DNA of 64,000 nucleotides from Pseudomonadota bacterium (GCA_041178085.1 JBEGVZ010000114.1:265-64264); one strand, 5' to 3'; counted from the first letter of the stretch, positions 28,060 to 37,951 are shown. Numbers and translations are program-made. The notes: generated by a model not told the origin, from the letters alone.

Positions 28060-29016
28060 TCACCGGATTGAATGCTGCAAGCCGGTGCCAAGGGTTTGGC
28101 CCATGAGTATAGGATGGTTGCCGGAAGCTTGAACAGGATTAAGAAAGTCCATTGCCGCCTTGTTGAGAACGACAACCACTGTAGATCCCAGAAGAAAAGC
28201 GCCCAATTCTTCACCTGCACCAACCAGAACCTCACCTCTGCCCGTTTTGTCTCCTGCGCTTCCGGCAAGGGACCACGTCCGCTGAATCTCAGGCATGACC
28301 GTCGAATCATCGTTGGTGACCAGACCCGGGGCAAACGGCGATGTCATCCGGCCAACGTTGAATGCACCGACCATGACAACGTGGGCGCGCATGGGAGCGG
28401 CATCACCAGGCCCGTCTTTTTCACCAAGCTCGAAATCAAAGACAAGGCGTTCGTTGGCCTGAAACAGACCATGAAAATTCTCAACAAACGGCAAATTGAC
28501 CGGCCACAGGTCACCCGGGATATGGCGCACGGCAAGCAGGCGGCCAGAGACCGGGGAGTGGACCCGGTGGTAGTTCGATGGCGCCAGGTAAACCGTGGTA
28601 AACCATGAGAATTCCGTCGCTTCGGCCGTGTGCTCTCGGGAATCTCCGCCCCACACAAGTTCTGCCGGATTGTACAAAATCCCCTTGGCCTGGATAGCCG
28701 CCCCGTTTTGCAACCTTGCCGACCAGGCCAGAAAACCATCGGCAGGCGAAACGTAACGGCCCCCTACCGGACGAAGGCCCGGTTTCAATTGGCGGATGAA
28801 AAGGTCCTCGATCGAGGCATAGTCCCCCGCGGAAGTCTTTTGCGCTTCTCCAAGATTGATTCCAAATGCCTTCACAAACAGGTGGTTGGCGATGGTTTGG
28901 ACAGGTGATGGAAGTTGCAACCGGGCCAGCCAGCCGGTGACCCAGCTGACAAGATTTCGGGGCAGGACCTGCAGAAAAAGTTTGAGTGCCAGATATCTTT
29001 GACGCGAACTGCTCAT
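28060..29016 (-). CDS. psd: Phosphatidylserine decarboxylase proenzyme
   Basis: Psd-like length with FLLGSTVVV (LGST self-cleavage site) and YHRVHSP motifs. Confidence 0.9.
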   Translation of the reverse strand: MSSSRQRYLALKLFLQVLPRNLVSWVTGWLARLQLPSPVQTIANHLFVKAFGINLGEAQKTSAGDYASIEDLFIRQLKPGLRPVGGRYVSPADGFLAWSARLQNGAAIQAKGILYNPAELVWGGDSREHTAEATEFSWFTTVYLAPSNYHRVHSPVSGRLLAVRHIPGDLWPVNLPFVENFHGLFQANERLVFDFELGEKDGPGDAAPMRAHVVMVGAFNVGRMTSPFAPGLVTNDDSTVMPEIQRTWSLAGSAGDKTGRGEVLVGAGEELGAFLLGSTVVVVLNKAAMDFLNPVQASGNHPILMGQTLGTGLQHSIR

Positions 29017-29102
29017 GGTACGGAATTGGTAGCACGGCCTGCTTCCAAATCCTACCCGGATCGGGTAAACAGCCGGTCCTGATCAAATTGAGGGCATTTG
29101 TC

Positions 29103-30518
29103 TTGACGTCCAACCAAAAGCAAACCGTGGTTCATGTTGTCGGTGGGGGCCTTGCCGGTAGCGAGGCTGCGTGGCAGCTGGCTCGTGCCGGGGTGCAGGT
29201 CGTCCTTCACGAGATGCGTCCGCTCAAGATGACGGCCGCCCATCAAAGCGGCAACCTGGCTGAACTGGTTTGCTCCAACTCAATGAAATCAATGGATGAA
29301 TCATCTGCCCCAGGGCTGCTCAAGGCAGAGATGTCGGCGCTTGATTCTCTGATCATGCGGGCAGCCCTTGCGGCCCGGGTACCTGCCGGTCAAGCGCTGG
29401 CCGTTGACCGTGAGGTATTTGCCGCCGGGGTCAAATCAGGCCTTCTGGAATCCGGTATGGTCACCCTTTCCAGCGGTGAAGTGACCGGCCTTCCGACGGA
29501 TGCGGAGGCCGAATCCCGTAATGAATACTGGATCATAGCCAGTGGACCACTCACCACCGCGCCCCTTGCTAAAGCGTTGCAAGACCTGACCAGATCTGGG
29601 GAGAGCCTTTATTTCTACGACGCCATCGCGCCCGTTCTGGCGGCTGAGTCCATCGACCTGGAGCTTGCCTTCCGGGCTGACCGCTACGGCGAAGAACCGG
29701 TTGGTGATTACCTGAACATTCCGTTGAATCGCGAAGAATACGAGGCCTTTATCGACGGTGTGATTGCGGCGGAAAAGATGCCCCTCCACGACTTCGAGGA
29801 ACCGAAATACTTTGAATCTTGCCTGCCGATTGAGGTGATGATTGAACGCGGTCGGGACACCCTTCGCTTCGGACCGATGAAACCAGTTGGTCTGACCGAT
29901 CCACGAACTGGACGTTGGCCCTGGGCTGCGATCCAGCTGCGCCAGGAAAACCTCGATGGCACCATGTTCAGCATGGTTGGTTTCCAGACCAAAATGAAGT
30001 GGCCGGAGCAAAAGCGCGTCTTCTCCACCATCCCGGCACTGCGCAACGTCGAAATCCTGCGCTACGGATCTATTCACCGGAACACTTACCTCAAAAGCCC
30101 GGAATTTTTGGCGGGGGATTTATCTTTCAAGAATTCGCCAAGGATTTTTCTTGCTGGCCAGATATCCGGCGTTGAGGGTTACACGGAGTCAGCCGCGATC
30201 GGGCTGCTTGCCGGGCGAGCATGCGTGGCGAAAATACGGGGTGAAGTCTTTGACATGCCTCCGCGCGATACCATGATCGGTGCGCTGGGGCGGTATGTGA
30301 CCGGGGGATGCCTGGGTCCATACCAGCCGATGAACTGTAATTTCGGACTGCTGCCGCCGCCAGACGCGGCGCCATCAGAGCCTGCAATCATTGGTGGAAA
30401 AGCGAAAAAACCGAAAAAGCCCAGCAAAGCCGATCGCAAAGCGATGATTGCAGGGCGTGCGCGGGCGTCTTTCACTTCATGGCAGAATTGCACATCGCCG
30501 CAAAGTCCGCTGGCTTGA
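29103..30518 (+). CDS. trmFO: Methylenetetrahydrofolate--tRNA-(uracil54-C5)-methyltransferase
   Basis: VHVVGGGLAGSEAAWQLA FAD motif with TrmFO/Gid-type colinearity. Start uncertain: TTG 29103 chosen, and the ORF-track ATG 28986 would overlap psd. Confidence 0.9.
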   Translation: MTSNQKQTVVHVVGGGLAGSEAAWQLARAGVQVVLHEMRPLKMTAAHQSGNLAELVCSNSMKSMDESSAPGLLKAEMSALDSLIMRAALAARVPAGQALAVDREVFAAGVKSGLLESGMVTLSSGEVTGLPTDAEAESRNEYWIIASGPLTTAPLAKALQDLTRSGESLYFYDAIAPVLAAESIDLELAFRADRYGEEPVGDYLNIPLNREEYEAFIDGVIAAEKMPLHDFEEPKYFESCLPIEVMIERGRDTLRFGPMKPVGLTDPRTGRWPWAAIQLRQENLDGTMFSMVGFQTKMKWPEQKRVFSTIPALRNVEILRYGSIHRNTYLKSPEFLAGDLSFKNSPRIFLAGQISGVEGYTESAAIGLLAGRACVAKIRGEVFDMPPRDTMIGALGRYVTGGCLGPYQPMNCNFGLLPPPDAAPSEPAIIGGKAKKPKKPSKADRKAMIAGRARASFTSWQNCTSPQSPLA

Positions 30519-31290
30519 GCGAAGCTCCGCCGACCAGGCCGCCATCGATATCTGCCTGTGCAAGAAGACCTGAAATGTTGGCCGGGTTGGCGCTGCCGCC
30601 ATAAAGAATCCTGACCGCATTTGCAAAATCGCCACCGACCACTTCGCGGCATACCTGTCGAATAAAGGCGTGAACCTCCTGCGCCTGCTCGACCGTCGCC
30701 GAAAGGCCCGTGCCAATTGCCCAAACCGGCTCGTAGGCAATGACCAGGGAATCCGTGATGTCACCCGGGTAAAAAGATTCCCGGCCTTGCAAGGTCAGCG
30801 ACTCTGATTGGATGACTTCAAGAAATGCTTTCGTCTGGCGCCCGACTACGTCAAACGTCTTTCCGGCTTTGCGTTCCTCAATCAGTTCCCCGACACAAAC
30901 AACGGGTGTCATTCCACTTTTCATGGCCGCGACGGTTTTTTTGGCGACGCTGTCGTCCGTCTCGGCAAAATATTGTCGCCGCTCACTGTGGCCGATGAGG
31001 GTTGTCCTGACGCCAAGGTCAAGAAGCATGGCGGTGGACACTTCCCCGGTGAACGCGCCGGAAGGCTGGAAGTGCATGTTTTGAGCTGCCGCTGAAAAAC
31101 CACGCGAACGCGCTGCCGCCACGGTCGCCTGCAACTGCGTAAATGGTGCTGCAAACAGGATATCCGCCGCACCGGTCGCAGCTGGCATCAACGCCGCGGC
31201 GAAAGCGTCGAAAAACGGCGCGATCTCGCCAAGGCGCATGTTCATCTTCCAGTTTCCGGCAAGCAGCTTTTTACGTTGTGGCATGGCCAT
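30472..31290 (-). CDS. tpiA: Triose-phosphate isomerase
   Basis: LLAGNWKMN, IGHSERR, AYEPVWAIGTG and GGASLK motifs. The 3' end overlaps the convergent trmFO. Confidence 0.9.
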   Translation of the reverse strand: MAMPQRKKLLAGNWKMNMRLGEIAPFFDAFAAALMPAATGAADILFAAPFTQLQATVAAARSRGFSAAAQNMHFQPSGAFTGEVSTAMLLDLGVRTTLIGHSERRQYFAETDDSVAKKTVAAMKSGMTPVVCVGELIEERKAGKTFDVVGRQTKAFLEVIQSESLTLQGRESFYPGDITDSLVIAYEPVWAIGTGLSATVEQAQEVHAFIRQVCREVVGGDFANAVRILYGGSANPANISGLLAQADIDGGLVGGASLKPADFAAMCNSAMK

Positions 31291-31335
31291 CGTCCCACCC
31301 TCTGCCCCCGGCCTCAAAAACCGCCGGGGAATTGT

Positions 31336-32526
31336 TCACTTCAGCAACACCTTGATGCCTGGCAATGTCCGTCCCTCAAGGAACTCCAGCGATGCCCCGC
31401 CACCGGTCGAAATGTGTGACATTTTGCTGGCAACACCGGCCATGTTGACGGCCGAGACAGAATCCCCGCCGCCGATCACCGTTTTTCCATGGATTGAAGC
31501 CATGGCGTGAGCGACCGCCATCGAGCCTTTGGAAAAAGCCGGCCACTCAAATACGCCCATGGGACCGTTCCACAGAACCGTCTTTGAACGCTTGATGACA
31601 CCTTCAAAGCCAGCGATCGTTTTCGGACCGATATCAAGGCCCATCAGCCCGGCAGGAATGTCCGCCGTGTCAACCTGGACCGGAGCTGCGTCCTCTGCAA
31701 AACTTGCGGCACACATGTGATCGACGGGCAGATGGATCATGACGCGGCGTTTTTCCGCCGTGCGCATGATCGTTTCGACCAGGTTCATCTTGTCTTCTTC
31801 GACGCGCGATTTGCCGACGTCTACACCCTTGTACTTCAGGAAGGTGTAGGCCATCGCGCCGCCAATGATGAGGTTATGGCAGTGGTTGAGCAGGTTCATG
31901 ATGATGCCGATCTTGTCCGACACCTTCGAACCACCCATGATGACTGTGAACGGTGCCTCGGTTGAAGTAAGCAGTGATTGCAGGGCCGAAATCTCGCGTT
32001 CGATCAAGAGGCCTGCAGCGCGTCGCTCCGGCGGAAAAATCTCTGCTGCCGCCGCGACCGAAGCATGGGCGCGGTGAACTGTGCCGAAGGCATCGTTGAC
32101 AAAAACGTCAAAGCCTTCCGTCAGGATCCCGGCGAAGTCCTTGTCGTTCTTTTCCTCGCCATCGTTGTAGCGGAGATTTTCCAGCAGCATGATCTGGCCC
32201 GGATCGAGGCGGTTCAGGACCTGGATCGCCGGTTCCGAAGCATAGTCGGCGCAAAACACAACTTCGCGGCCAAGGAGCTCTGCCATGCGGGCACCTACCG
32301 CTTCCAGGGAATCATCGGGACCGTGAGCGCCTTTTTTCGGACGACCAAGGTGGCTGCACATCAGCAATTTCGAAGTATGCTCTAAGATGTACTTGATGGT
32401 CGGCAGCGCTTCGCGGATCCGGGTGTCGTCCTTGATAACGCCGTTCTTCATGGGCACGTTAAGGTCGAGGCGCAAAAAAACCTTTTTGTTACGAAGTTCG
32501 AGGTCTTCAAGTCTGCGCAGCTGCAT
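31336..32526 (-). CDS. pgk: Phosphoglycerate kinase
   Basis: RLDLNVP, SHLGRPKG-like and STGGGASLEFLEG motifs. ATG 32526 lies 7 nt after AGGAG. Confidence 0.95.
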   Translation of the reverse strand: MQLRRLEDLELRNKKVFLRLDLNVPMKNGVIKDDTRIREALPTIKYILEHTSKLLMCSHLGRPKKGAHGPDDSLEAVGARMAELLGREVVFCADYASEPAIQVLNRLDPGQIMLLENLRYNDGEEKNDKDFAGILTEGFDVFVNDAFGTVHRAHASVAAAAEIFPPERRAAGLLIEREISALQSLLTSTEAPFTVIMGGSKVSDKIGIIMNLLNHCHNLIIGGAMAYTFLKYKGVDVGKSRVEEDKMNLVETIMRTAEKRRVMIHLPVDHMCAASFAEDAAPVQVDTADIPAGLMGLDIGPKTIAGFEGVIKRSKTVLWNGPMGVFEWPAFSKGSMAVAHAMASIHGKTVIGGGDSVSAVNMAGVASKMSHISTGGGASLEFLEGRTLPGIKVLLK

Positions 32527-32580
32527 GGGATTCTCCTGTGGCAATCAACCGGCGCCAATCTACCGGAAACGGGGCCTTAC

Positions 32581-33564
32581 ATGAAGCAAAGACACCTGTT
32601 CATCATCGATCCTCTGGAAGAACTCAACCTGAAGCTGGATTCTTCCCTGCGCATGGCACGCTCACTTGCGCGCCGGGGGCACAGGGTCTTCTTTGCCACC
32701 TTGCGTGATCTGAGTTGGCGGTCAGGCAAGACCGCGGCGTGGGCACGCTGCGTGGAGGCCACTTTTGCCAGCGACCAGGTCCAACCACGGCTGGAATCCA
32801 AAATCCCGCACAGCCTTGCCGAGTTCCAGGGCATCCACATGCGCAAGGATCCCCCCTTTGACCTGCCTTACATCGAAACTACCTGGCTGCTTGACTCGGT
32901 TGCGGGCCGGGTAAAGATCTACAACGAACCTGCGGCCCTTCGACGCTTCAACGAAAAGCTCTCAATTCTGCTCTTTCCCGACGCAATCCGCCCTGCTCTA
33001 GTCAGTTCAGACTGCCATGAAATCATTGAGTTTATTGGCCGTGAGTGCCACGGCGACGCGGTCATAAAACCGCTCGCGCTCTTTGGCGGCCGGGGGGTCG
33101 AAAGGATCGAGCTGGAAAGGGACAAGGACCCTGCGCGGGTCGTTGAAAAAATCACGGCAATGACCCGCGACGGGGTGGAGAAACGCATTGTCCAGCCATT
33201 TGACCCGCGCGTCTTCGATGGTGAAGTGCGTGCGTTTTGCGTGGGTGGCGAGCCGGTCGCATGGTGCCTGAAGCGACCGGGAAGGGGAGAATTCCTGGCC
33301 AACACGCGGGCAGGGGCAACGCTTGAAAGCTATAAACCGACCCTTGACGACCTTGCCCGGGTGAAAAACGTCGCAGCGCGCCTTGCCCTGGAAGGGGCGC
33401 CCATCGTTGGCTTCGACCTGATCGGGGGGTTTATCTCTGAAATCAACCTGACCAGTCCGCGCCTGTTAATGCCTGCAGGGCAGGAAAGCGCAGAATTACA
33501 GGCCTACGACCATTTCGCCCATTGGGTCGAACGGGACGCGGACCACCCTTCAAGTCCCAAGTGA
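32581..33564 (+). CDS. gshB: Glutathione synthetase (ATP-grasp, prokaryotic GshB type)
   Basis: Colinear with E. coli GshB: DPLEELNLKLDSS, MRKDPPFD, NEKL, IKPL..GG.G, and EINLTSP near the C-terminus. Confidence 0.85.
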   Translation: MKQRHLFIIDPLEELNLKLDSSLRMARSLARRGHRVFFATLRDLSWRSGKTAAWARCVEATFASDQVQPRLESKIPHSLAEFQGIHMRKDPPFDLPYIETTWLLDSVAGRVKIYNEPAALRRFNEKLSILLFPDAIRPALVSSDCHEIIEFIGRECHGDAVIKPLALFGGRGVERIELERDKDPARVVEKITAMTRDGVEKRIVQPFDPRVFDGEVRAFCVGGEPVAWCLKRPGRGEFLANTRAGATLESYKPTLDDLARVKNVAARLALEGAPIVGFDLIGGFISEINLTSPRLLMPAGQESAELQAYDHFAHWVERDADHPSSPK

Positions 33565-34488
33565 CGACATGAAGACACCGCCCGTGGCCGTTGCTCCGGC
33601 AAAGGTCATGGCCTCAGTAGTCCAGGAAAAGTTCCATGCACCGTTTGCTGCGGCGGCGATCCAGCCATAGCCCCGTTTATGGGCAAGGGCTTCTTCAAAA
33701 CATCTGGCGGCGGCGCTTTGCAGCGAGATCCCGTCGCGAACGCGGGTTTCAATTCTGACCGCCAGACCATCGTCAACGATTTCTTCGCCAATTCCGGTTG
33801 CAGAAACAGCAGCAAAAGCCGAAGCATAGGTGCCTGCCGCCGTGGCTGCATCACTGACCCGTCCCGGAGTTTCAAAGCCGCGCCCACCGGTACTGGTACC
33901 GCTGAATAAACAGCCGTCCCGGGTCAGGACCACGCAGCCCACCGTATCAAAATCGTGGGGACGATTTTCTCTGCGCGCCTGCTCCCAGCGCGCAAGGCGT
34001 TCCGGGGTCACTGGCGACTGGGTCTTGAGGCCCGCCCGCCGGGCAAGCTCTGCTGTGCCGGGAGGACAAACCACGCGGGTTGATTTCCCCTGCAGCAGGA
34101 TCGCCAGGGTGCTCGGATGGATCGCATCCTCCAAGCCCATCACACCGGAAAAGACCTGACCAGGGCCACTCATGACAGCTGCGGTCAAGCGCGCCTTGCC
34201 GTCGGCTTGAAGGGCTGCTCCAAGGCCGGCGTTAAAGCAAGGCTCAGACTCCAGTTCCTGCAGACACTGACGGACCACTTCCAGACCGGGTGTGCCCGCG
34301 GCAAGGGCCTTGGCCGCGCGCGCTGCGATGGCCTCGATCACCCTGCTGGCTGCAGCATGCGCGGGACCACGCGGGTCCTGGGTTCCAGCCCCCCCGTGCA
34401 GCAGAACCAGCCCGCCACTTTTGGCCGGGTCAAACACACCGTTGCATTGCCTGGGTTTATCCAGCATGATAGCGAAATCCTTAAACAA
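33550..34488 (-). CDS. Isoaspartyl peptidase / L-asparaginase (Ntn hydrolase, asparaginase-2 family)
   Basis: LLHGGAG, with [11 protein letters not shown] providing the DTVG autocleavage/nucleophile Thr. GTSTGG motif also present. Confidence 0.85.
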   Translation of the reverse strand: MFKDFAIMLDKPRQCNGVFDPAKSGGLVLLHGGAGTQDPRGPAHAAASRVIEAIAARAAKALAAGTPGLEVVRQCLQELESEPCFNAGLGAALQADGKARLTAAVMSGPGQVFSGVMGLEDAIHPSTLAILLQGKSTRVVCPPGTAELARRAGLKTQSPVTPERLARWEQARRENRPHDFDTVGCVVLTRDGCLFSGTSTGGRGFETPGRVSDAATAAGTYASAFAAVSATGIGEEIVDDGLAVRIETRVRDGISLQSAAARCFEEALAHKRGYGWIAAAANGAWNFSWTTEAMTFAGATATGGVFMSSLGT

Positions 34489-34500
34489 AGGAGCTACGGG

Positions 34501-35025
34501 ATGAAACTCTCAAAAAGCTTGGGCGCTCTTGCATTGGTCGCTTCAGCCGCCCTCACTGTGACTGCAATTTCCGGATGTACCAAGTGTTCCAAGGGCGGCG
34601 ACAGCAAGAACAACGCTGGCCAGACGCCCGCAGATGCCGTTAGCGGGGGCCAAGGTAGCGCCACCCAACCTGAAGGTCAACCAGCTGGTCAACCCGGGGG
34701 AGGTTCCGTTGAAATCGTTGACCTGACACAAGGTAACGGGCCGGAAGCGGTCGACGGCAAGCGCGTGACCGTGCACTACACGGGGACCCTTGAAAACGGC
34801 AACAAATTCGACAGCTCGTTCGACCGGAACGTCCCGTTCTCGTTCACCCTTGGCCAGGGTCAGGTGATCAAGGGATGGGATATGGGCTTTAAAGGCATGA
34901 AAGTGGGTGGAAAGAGAAAACTGACCATCCCACCAGATCTGGCCTACGGTGAAAAGGGCGTCAGCGGCGTGATTCCGCCGAACGCCAAGCTTCTGTTTGA
35001 AGTCGAGCTGCTCAAGGTCGAATAA
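34501..35025 (+). CDS. FKBP-type peptidyl-prolyl cis-trans isomerase, lipoprotein
   Basis: AAAGGAG Shine-Dalgarno. [26 protein letters not shown] lipobox. FKBP core [16 protein letters not shown]...GQVIKGWD...LLFEVELL. Confidence 0.9.
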   Translation: MKLSKSLGALALVASAALTVTAISGCTKCSKGGDSKNNAGQTPADAVSGGQGSATQPEGQPAGQPGGGSVEIVDLTQGNGPEAVDGKRVTVHYTGTLENGNKFDSSFDRNVPFSFTLGQGQVIKGWDMGFKGMKVGGKRKLTIPPDLAYGEKGVSGVIPPNAKLLFEVELLKVE

Positions 35026-35051
35026 AGCAGAGGACGTTTTACTTGCAAAAG

Positions 35052-35088
35052 GCCACCCCCGGAGGTTATCCGAAGGGTGGCTTTTTTT
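35052..35088 (+). terminator. Rho-independent terminator after the FKBP gene
   Basis: GCCACCC...GGGTGGC stem followed by TTTTTTT. Confidence 0.8.
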
Positions 35089-35126
35089 ATGGGAAACAAG
35101 GGTTTTCAGCGAAAAGGTAATCCGTC

Positions 35127-36911
35127 ATGAACCAGAAAGTATCCGCCGCATCGATCCGCCAGAAGTACCTCGACTTCTATAAGGGCCGTGAGCACGCGCT
35201 CATCCCATCGGCGTCGCTGCAACCGGAAAACGACCCGACGATCCTTTTCACCACTGCGGGCATGCACCCCCTGGTTCCCTACTTGATGGGCGCGCCGCAT
35301 CCGCTGGGCAAACGCCTTGCTAACAGCCAGAAGTGCATCCGCACACAAGACATCGACGAAGTCGGCGATGACTGGCACTGCACGTTTTTCGAGATGCTCG
35401 GCAATTGGAGCCTCGGCAACTACTTCAAGAAAGAGGCGATCACCTGGACCCACGAATTCATCACCAAGGTCCTGGGTTTTGACCAGAACCGCCTTGCCGT
35501 CACCGTCTTTGGCGGGGACGCACAAACTCCAGCGGATGAAACGTCCTATGAAGTCTGGCGCAGCATTGGTTACCCGGCAGAGCGCATCTTCCGGCTCGGG
35601 CGAAAAGACAACTTCTGGGGGCCGGTTGGCAATTCCGGACCATGCGGACCAGACTCTGAAACCTTTTTCATAACGCGCGACCACTGCAACAAGAACGACC
35701 CCAACTGTTCTCCGGCATGCAACTGCGGCCGCTATGTCGAAATCTGCAATAACGTCTTCATGGAGTACAACAAGCAGGCGGACGGTGGTTTCACCAAACT
35801 GCCACAACCCAACGTCGACTTTGGCATGGGTCTTTTGCGCGTGGCTTCGATCATGAGTGGAGCTTCAAGCGTTTACGAATCAGACATCTATTCACGGGCG
35901 ATGACATACCTGCACCAGGCCGCGCCCTCGCTGCCAGAGAAATCCCAGCGCATCATCGCCGACCACTTGCAGGCGGCAATGTTCGCAATCTGTGACGGTG
36001 TCGTGCCGTCCAATGTCGGCGCGGGTTATATCGTGCGCCGCGTCCTGCGCCGTGCTTTCCGGCTTGCCAACCAGGCCGAACTGGAACCGCACTACATTGA
36101 CGCAATCGTCGATGGCTTTATTGCCATCTACGCGGAGCAATACCCGGATCTCGACAAGAAGCGTAACGCCATCGTCCACGAAATGCGGGACGAAGAACAG
36201 AAATTCGCAAAAGCTCTGGGCCAGGGGCTCAAGCACCTGGAGAAGGAGCTTGCACGGATGCCGGCGGGCGAGACGACCATCGCTGGTCAGCTTGCCTTCT
36301 TCATGTTTGAAACTTACGGATTCCCGCTCGAGGTAACTCAGGAAATTGGCGGTGAACGCGGCCTTGCGGTTGACGTCGATGGCTACGAAAAAGCCTACGC
36401 TGAACACCAGGCAAAATCCCGAATGGCCGGGGAAAAGCTTTTCAAAGGCGGCCTGAGCGACACGTCGATGGAAAGCACACGCCTGCACACGGCAACACAC
36501 TTGCTGCACGAGGCACTGCGCCGCGTCCTTGGTCCTCACGTCGAGCAAAAAGGCAGCAACATCACGCCGGAGCGCTTGCGCTTTGATTTCTCCCACCCGG
36601 ATAAAATGACCAGAGAGCAAATCGACGCCGTGGAGAAGCTCGTCAACGAAGCGATCACCCGGCAGATGGATGTCCACCTGGAAAACATGACCGTCGACGA
36701 CGCCAAGGCGCGCGGAGCAATTGGCCTGTTCGAAGACAAGTACGCAGACCGCATCAATGTCTACTTCATCGGTGATTTCTCAACTGAGATTTGTGGTGGA
36801 CCACACGTGCGCAACACGCGGGAACTCGGCCAGTTCAAGATCCAGAAGGAAGAAGCGTCATCCCGCGGCGTGCGTCGGATCAAGGCTGTGCTGGTCAATG
36901 CGCCAACCTGA
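35127..36911 (+). CDS. alaS: Alanine--tRNA ligase, short form (no C-Ala domain)
   Basis: IRQKYLDFYK..H, FTTAGM and TFFEMLGNWSLGNYFK (class II core). Editing-domain HTATHLLH and CGGPHV. The ORF ends at 594 aa, right after ...GVRRIKAVL. Confidence 0.85.
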   Translation: MNQKVSAASIRQKYLDFYKGREHALIPSASLQPENDPTILFTTAGMHPLVPYLMGAPHPLGKRLANSQKCIRTQDIDEVGDDWHCTFFEMLGNWSLGNYFKKEAITWTHEFITKVLGFDQNRLAVTVFGGDAQTPADETSYEVWRSIGYPAERIFRLGRKDNFWGPVGNSGPCGPDSETFFITRDHCNKNDPNCSPACNCGRYVEICNNVFMEYNKQADGGFTKLPQPNVDFGMGLLRVASIMSGASSVYESDIYSRAMTYLHQAAPSLPEKSQRIIADHLQAAMFAICDGVVPSNVGAGYIVRRVLRRAFRLANQAELEPHYIDAIVDGFIAIYAEQYPDLDKKRNAIVHEMRDEEQKFAKALGQGLKHLEKELARMPAGETTIAGQLAFFMFETYGFPLEVTQEIGGERGLAVDVDGYEKAYAEHQAKSRMAGEKLFKGGLSDTSMESTRLHTATHLLHEALRRVLGPHVEQKGSNITPERLRFDFSHPDKMTREQIDAVEKLVNEAITRQMDVHLENMTVDDAKARGAIGLFEDKYADRINVYFIGDFSTEICGGPHVRNTRELGQFKIQKEEASSRGVRRIKAVLVNAPT

Positions 36912-36948
36912 GGCCCTTGTATGGTACCCGGTGAGCCCGAACCTTTGA

Positions 36949-36977
36949 GCCTCTGACCTTGTCCAGAGGCTGTTTTA
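36949..36977 (+). terminator. Rho-independent terminator after alaS
   Basis: GCCTCTG-accttgtc-CAGAGGC followed by TGTTTTA. Confidence 0.7.
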
Positions 36978-37072
36978 ACTCCTCAAAAGAACAAGAAAAA
37001 ATCGAATTTTTTCGATTTCCCTAAGGTTTACGGGATTTTGGACGAAGCTGCTTTTGGGAGAGGACACGCAGG

Positions 37073-37942
37073 GTGCCCTCTTCCAGAACGGGGATGATCA
37101 TGAACCTTGGCCTTCGCTACGGTGGCATCGTCGGCTGTGTTGCTTTCATGTTCGGAAACTTCATCGCGTGCGGTGCTCAAATGTATCGCGTGTCGGTCGA
37201 AGATGATCATGACAAGAGCAAGATCAGCGCTGAGTCCATGGACCCGAACTCGCCAACTTTTGGCCTCCATTCTCCCCGTGGATTCACCAAGCTACCGATT
37301 GAATTCCGGATCGGTCAGCAAATGGATTCCCAGCAAAAGACCGGCCTCGAGGCCGCAATGAAGACCTGGGAAATAGCCGTAGGAAAGTCCTTGTTTCGAT
37401 TTGTCGGGGTCCATGAAAATACGGACGGAGATTCCTTTCCTGACCTGTATTCGTCGCTCCGCGACTCGATCAATGGAAATTACCTGGACAATAACTGGAA
37501 GAAGACCGGAAAGCCTGATGTGGTCCTGGCAACGACCATCTGGAACAACTCACCGCGTGACGCCGCGGCCATCGACACAGCCGACGTCCGCTTCAATTCC
37601 CAGGACTACGTCATCGGCGATTCCCTCAGGATCAAAGGTCAATATGTGGAATCAACCGGTCAATACAAAGACCCGGTCGACATGCAGACCCTCGCCCTTC
37701 ACGAGCTGGGACACTTGCTCGGCCTGACCCACATTGCAGCCGAAATTGACGCGGTCTCGATTATGAACCCGTATGTTTACATCGGTGAGGGACTCACCAG
37801 CCGCCACCTGTCAGAAGGTGACATTGAAAGAATCCAGAAAATCTATGGCTGCCTTGGGGCAGCTTGCGATATCTCGCGCGCAGTCGAAATGGTCACCGAA
37901 TTTACCAAGAACCCACCGGCAGAGACCGCAGAAGTTCGCTGA
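37073..37942 (+). CDS. Matrixin-like (M10 metzincin) zinc metalloprotease, secreted or lipoprotein
   Basis: HELGHLLGLTH zinc motif with downstream SIMNPYV Met-turn. Hydrophobic N-terminus with FIAC. An internal ATG at 37094 is an alternative start. Confidence 0.8.
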   Translation: MPSSRTGMIMNLGLRYGGIVGCVAFMFGNFIACGAQMYRVSVEDDHDKSKISAESMDPNSPTFGLHSPRGFTKLPIEFRIGQQMDSQQKTGLEAAMKTWEIAVGKSLFRFVGVHENTDGDSFPDLYSSLRDSINGNYLDNNWKKTGKPDVVLATTIWNNSPRDAAAIDTADVRFNSQDYVIGDSLRIKGQYVESTGQYKDPVDMQTLALHELGHLLGLTHIAAEIDAVSIMNPYVYIGEGLTSRHLSEGDIERIQKIYGCLGAACDISRAVEMVTEFTKNPPAETAEVR

Positions 37943-37951
37943 CTGGTTTTC

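Noticed and set aside
34117-34500. 128-aa N-terminal extension of the FKBP ORF
   Set aside because: The extension is antisense to the isoaspartyl peptidase gene. The real start at 34501 has an AAAGGAG Shine-Dalgarno and a lipoprotein signal.
35106-35807. 233-aa minus-strand ORF
   Set aside because: It lies entirely antisense to alaS, whose class II motifs are unambiguous. It has no start context or motifs.
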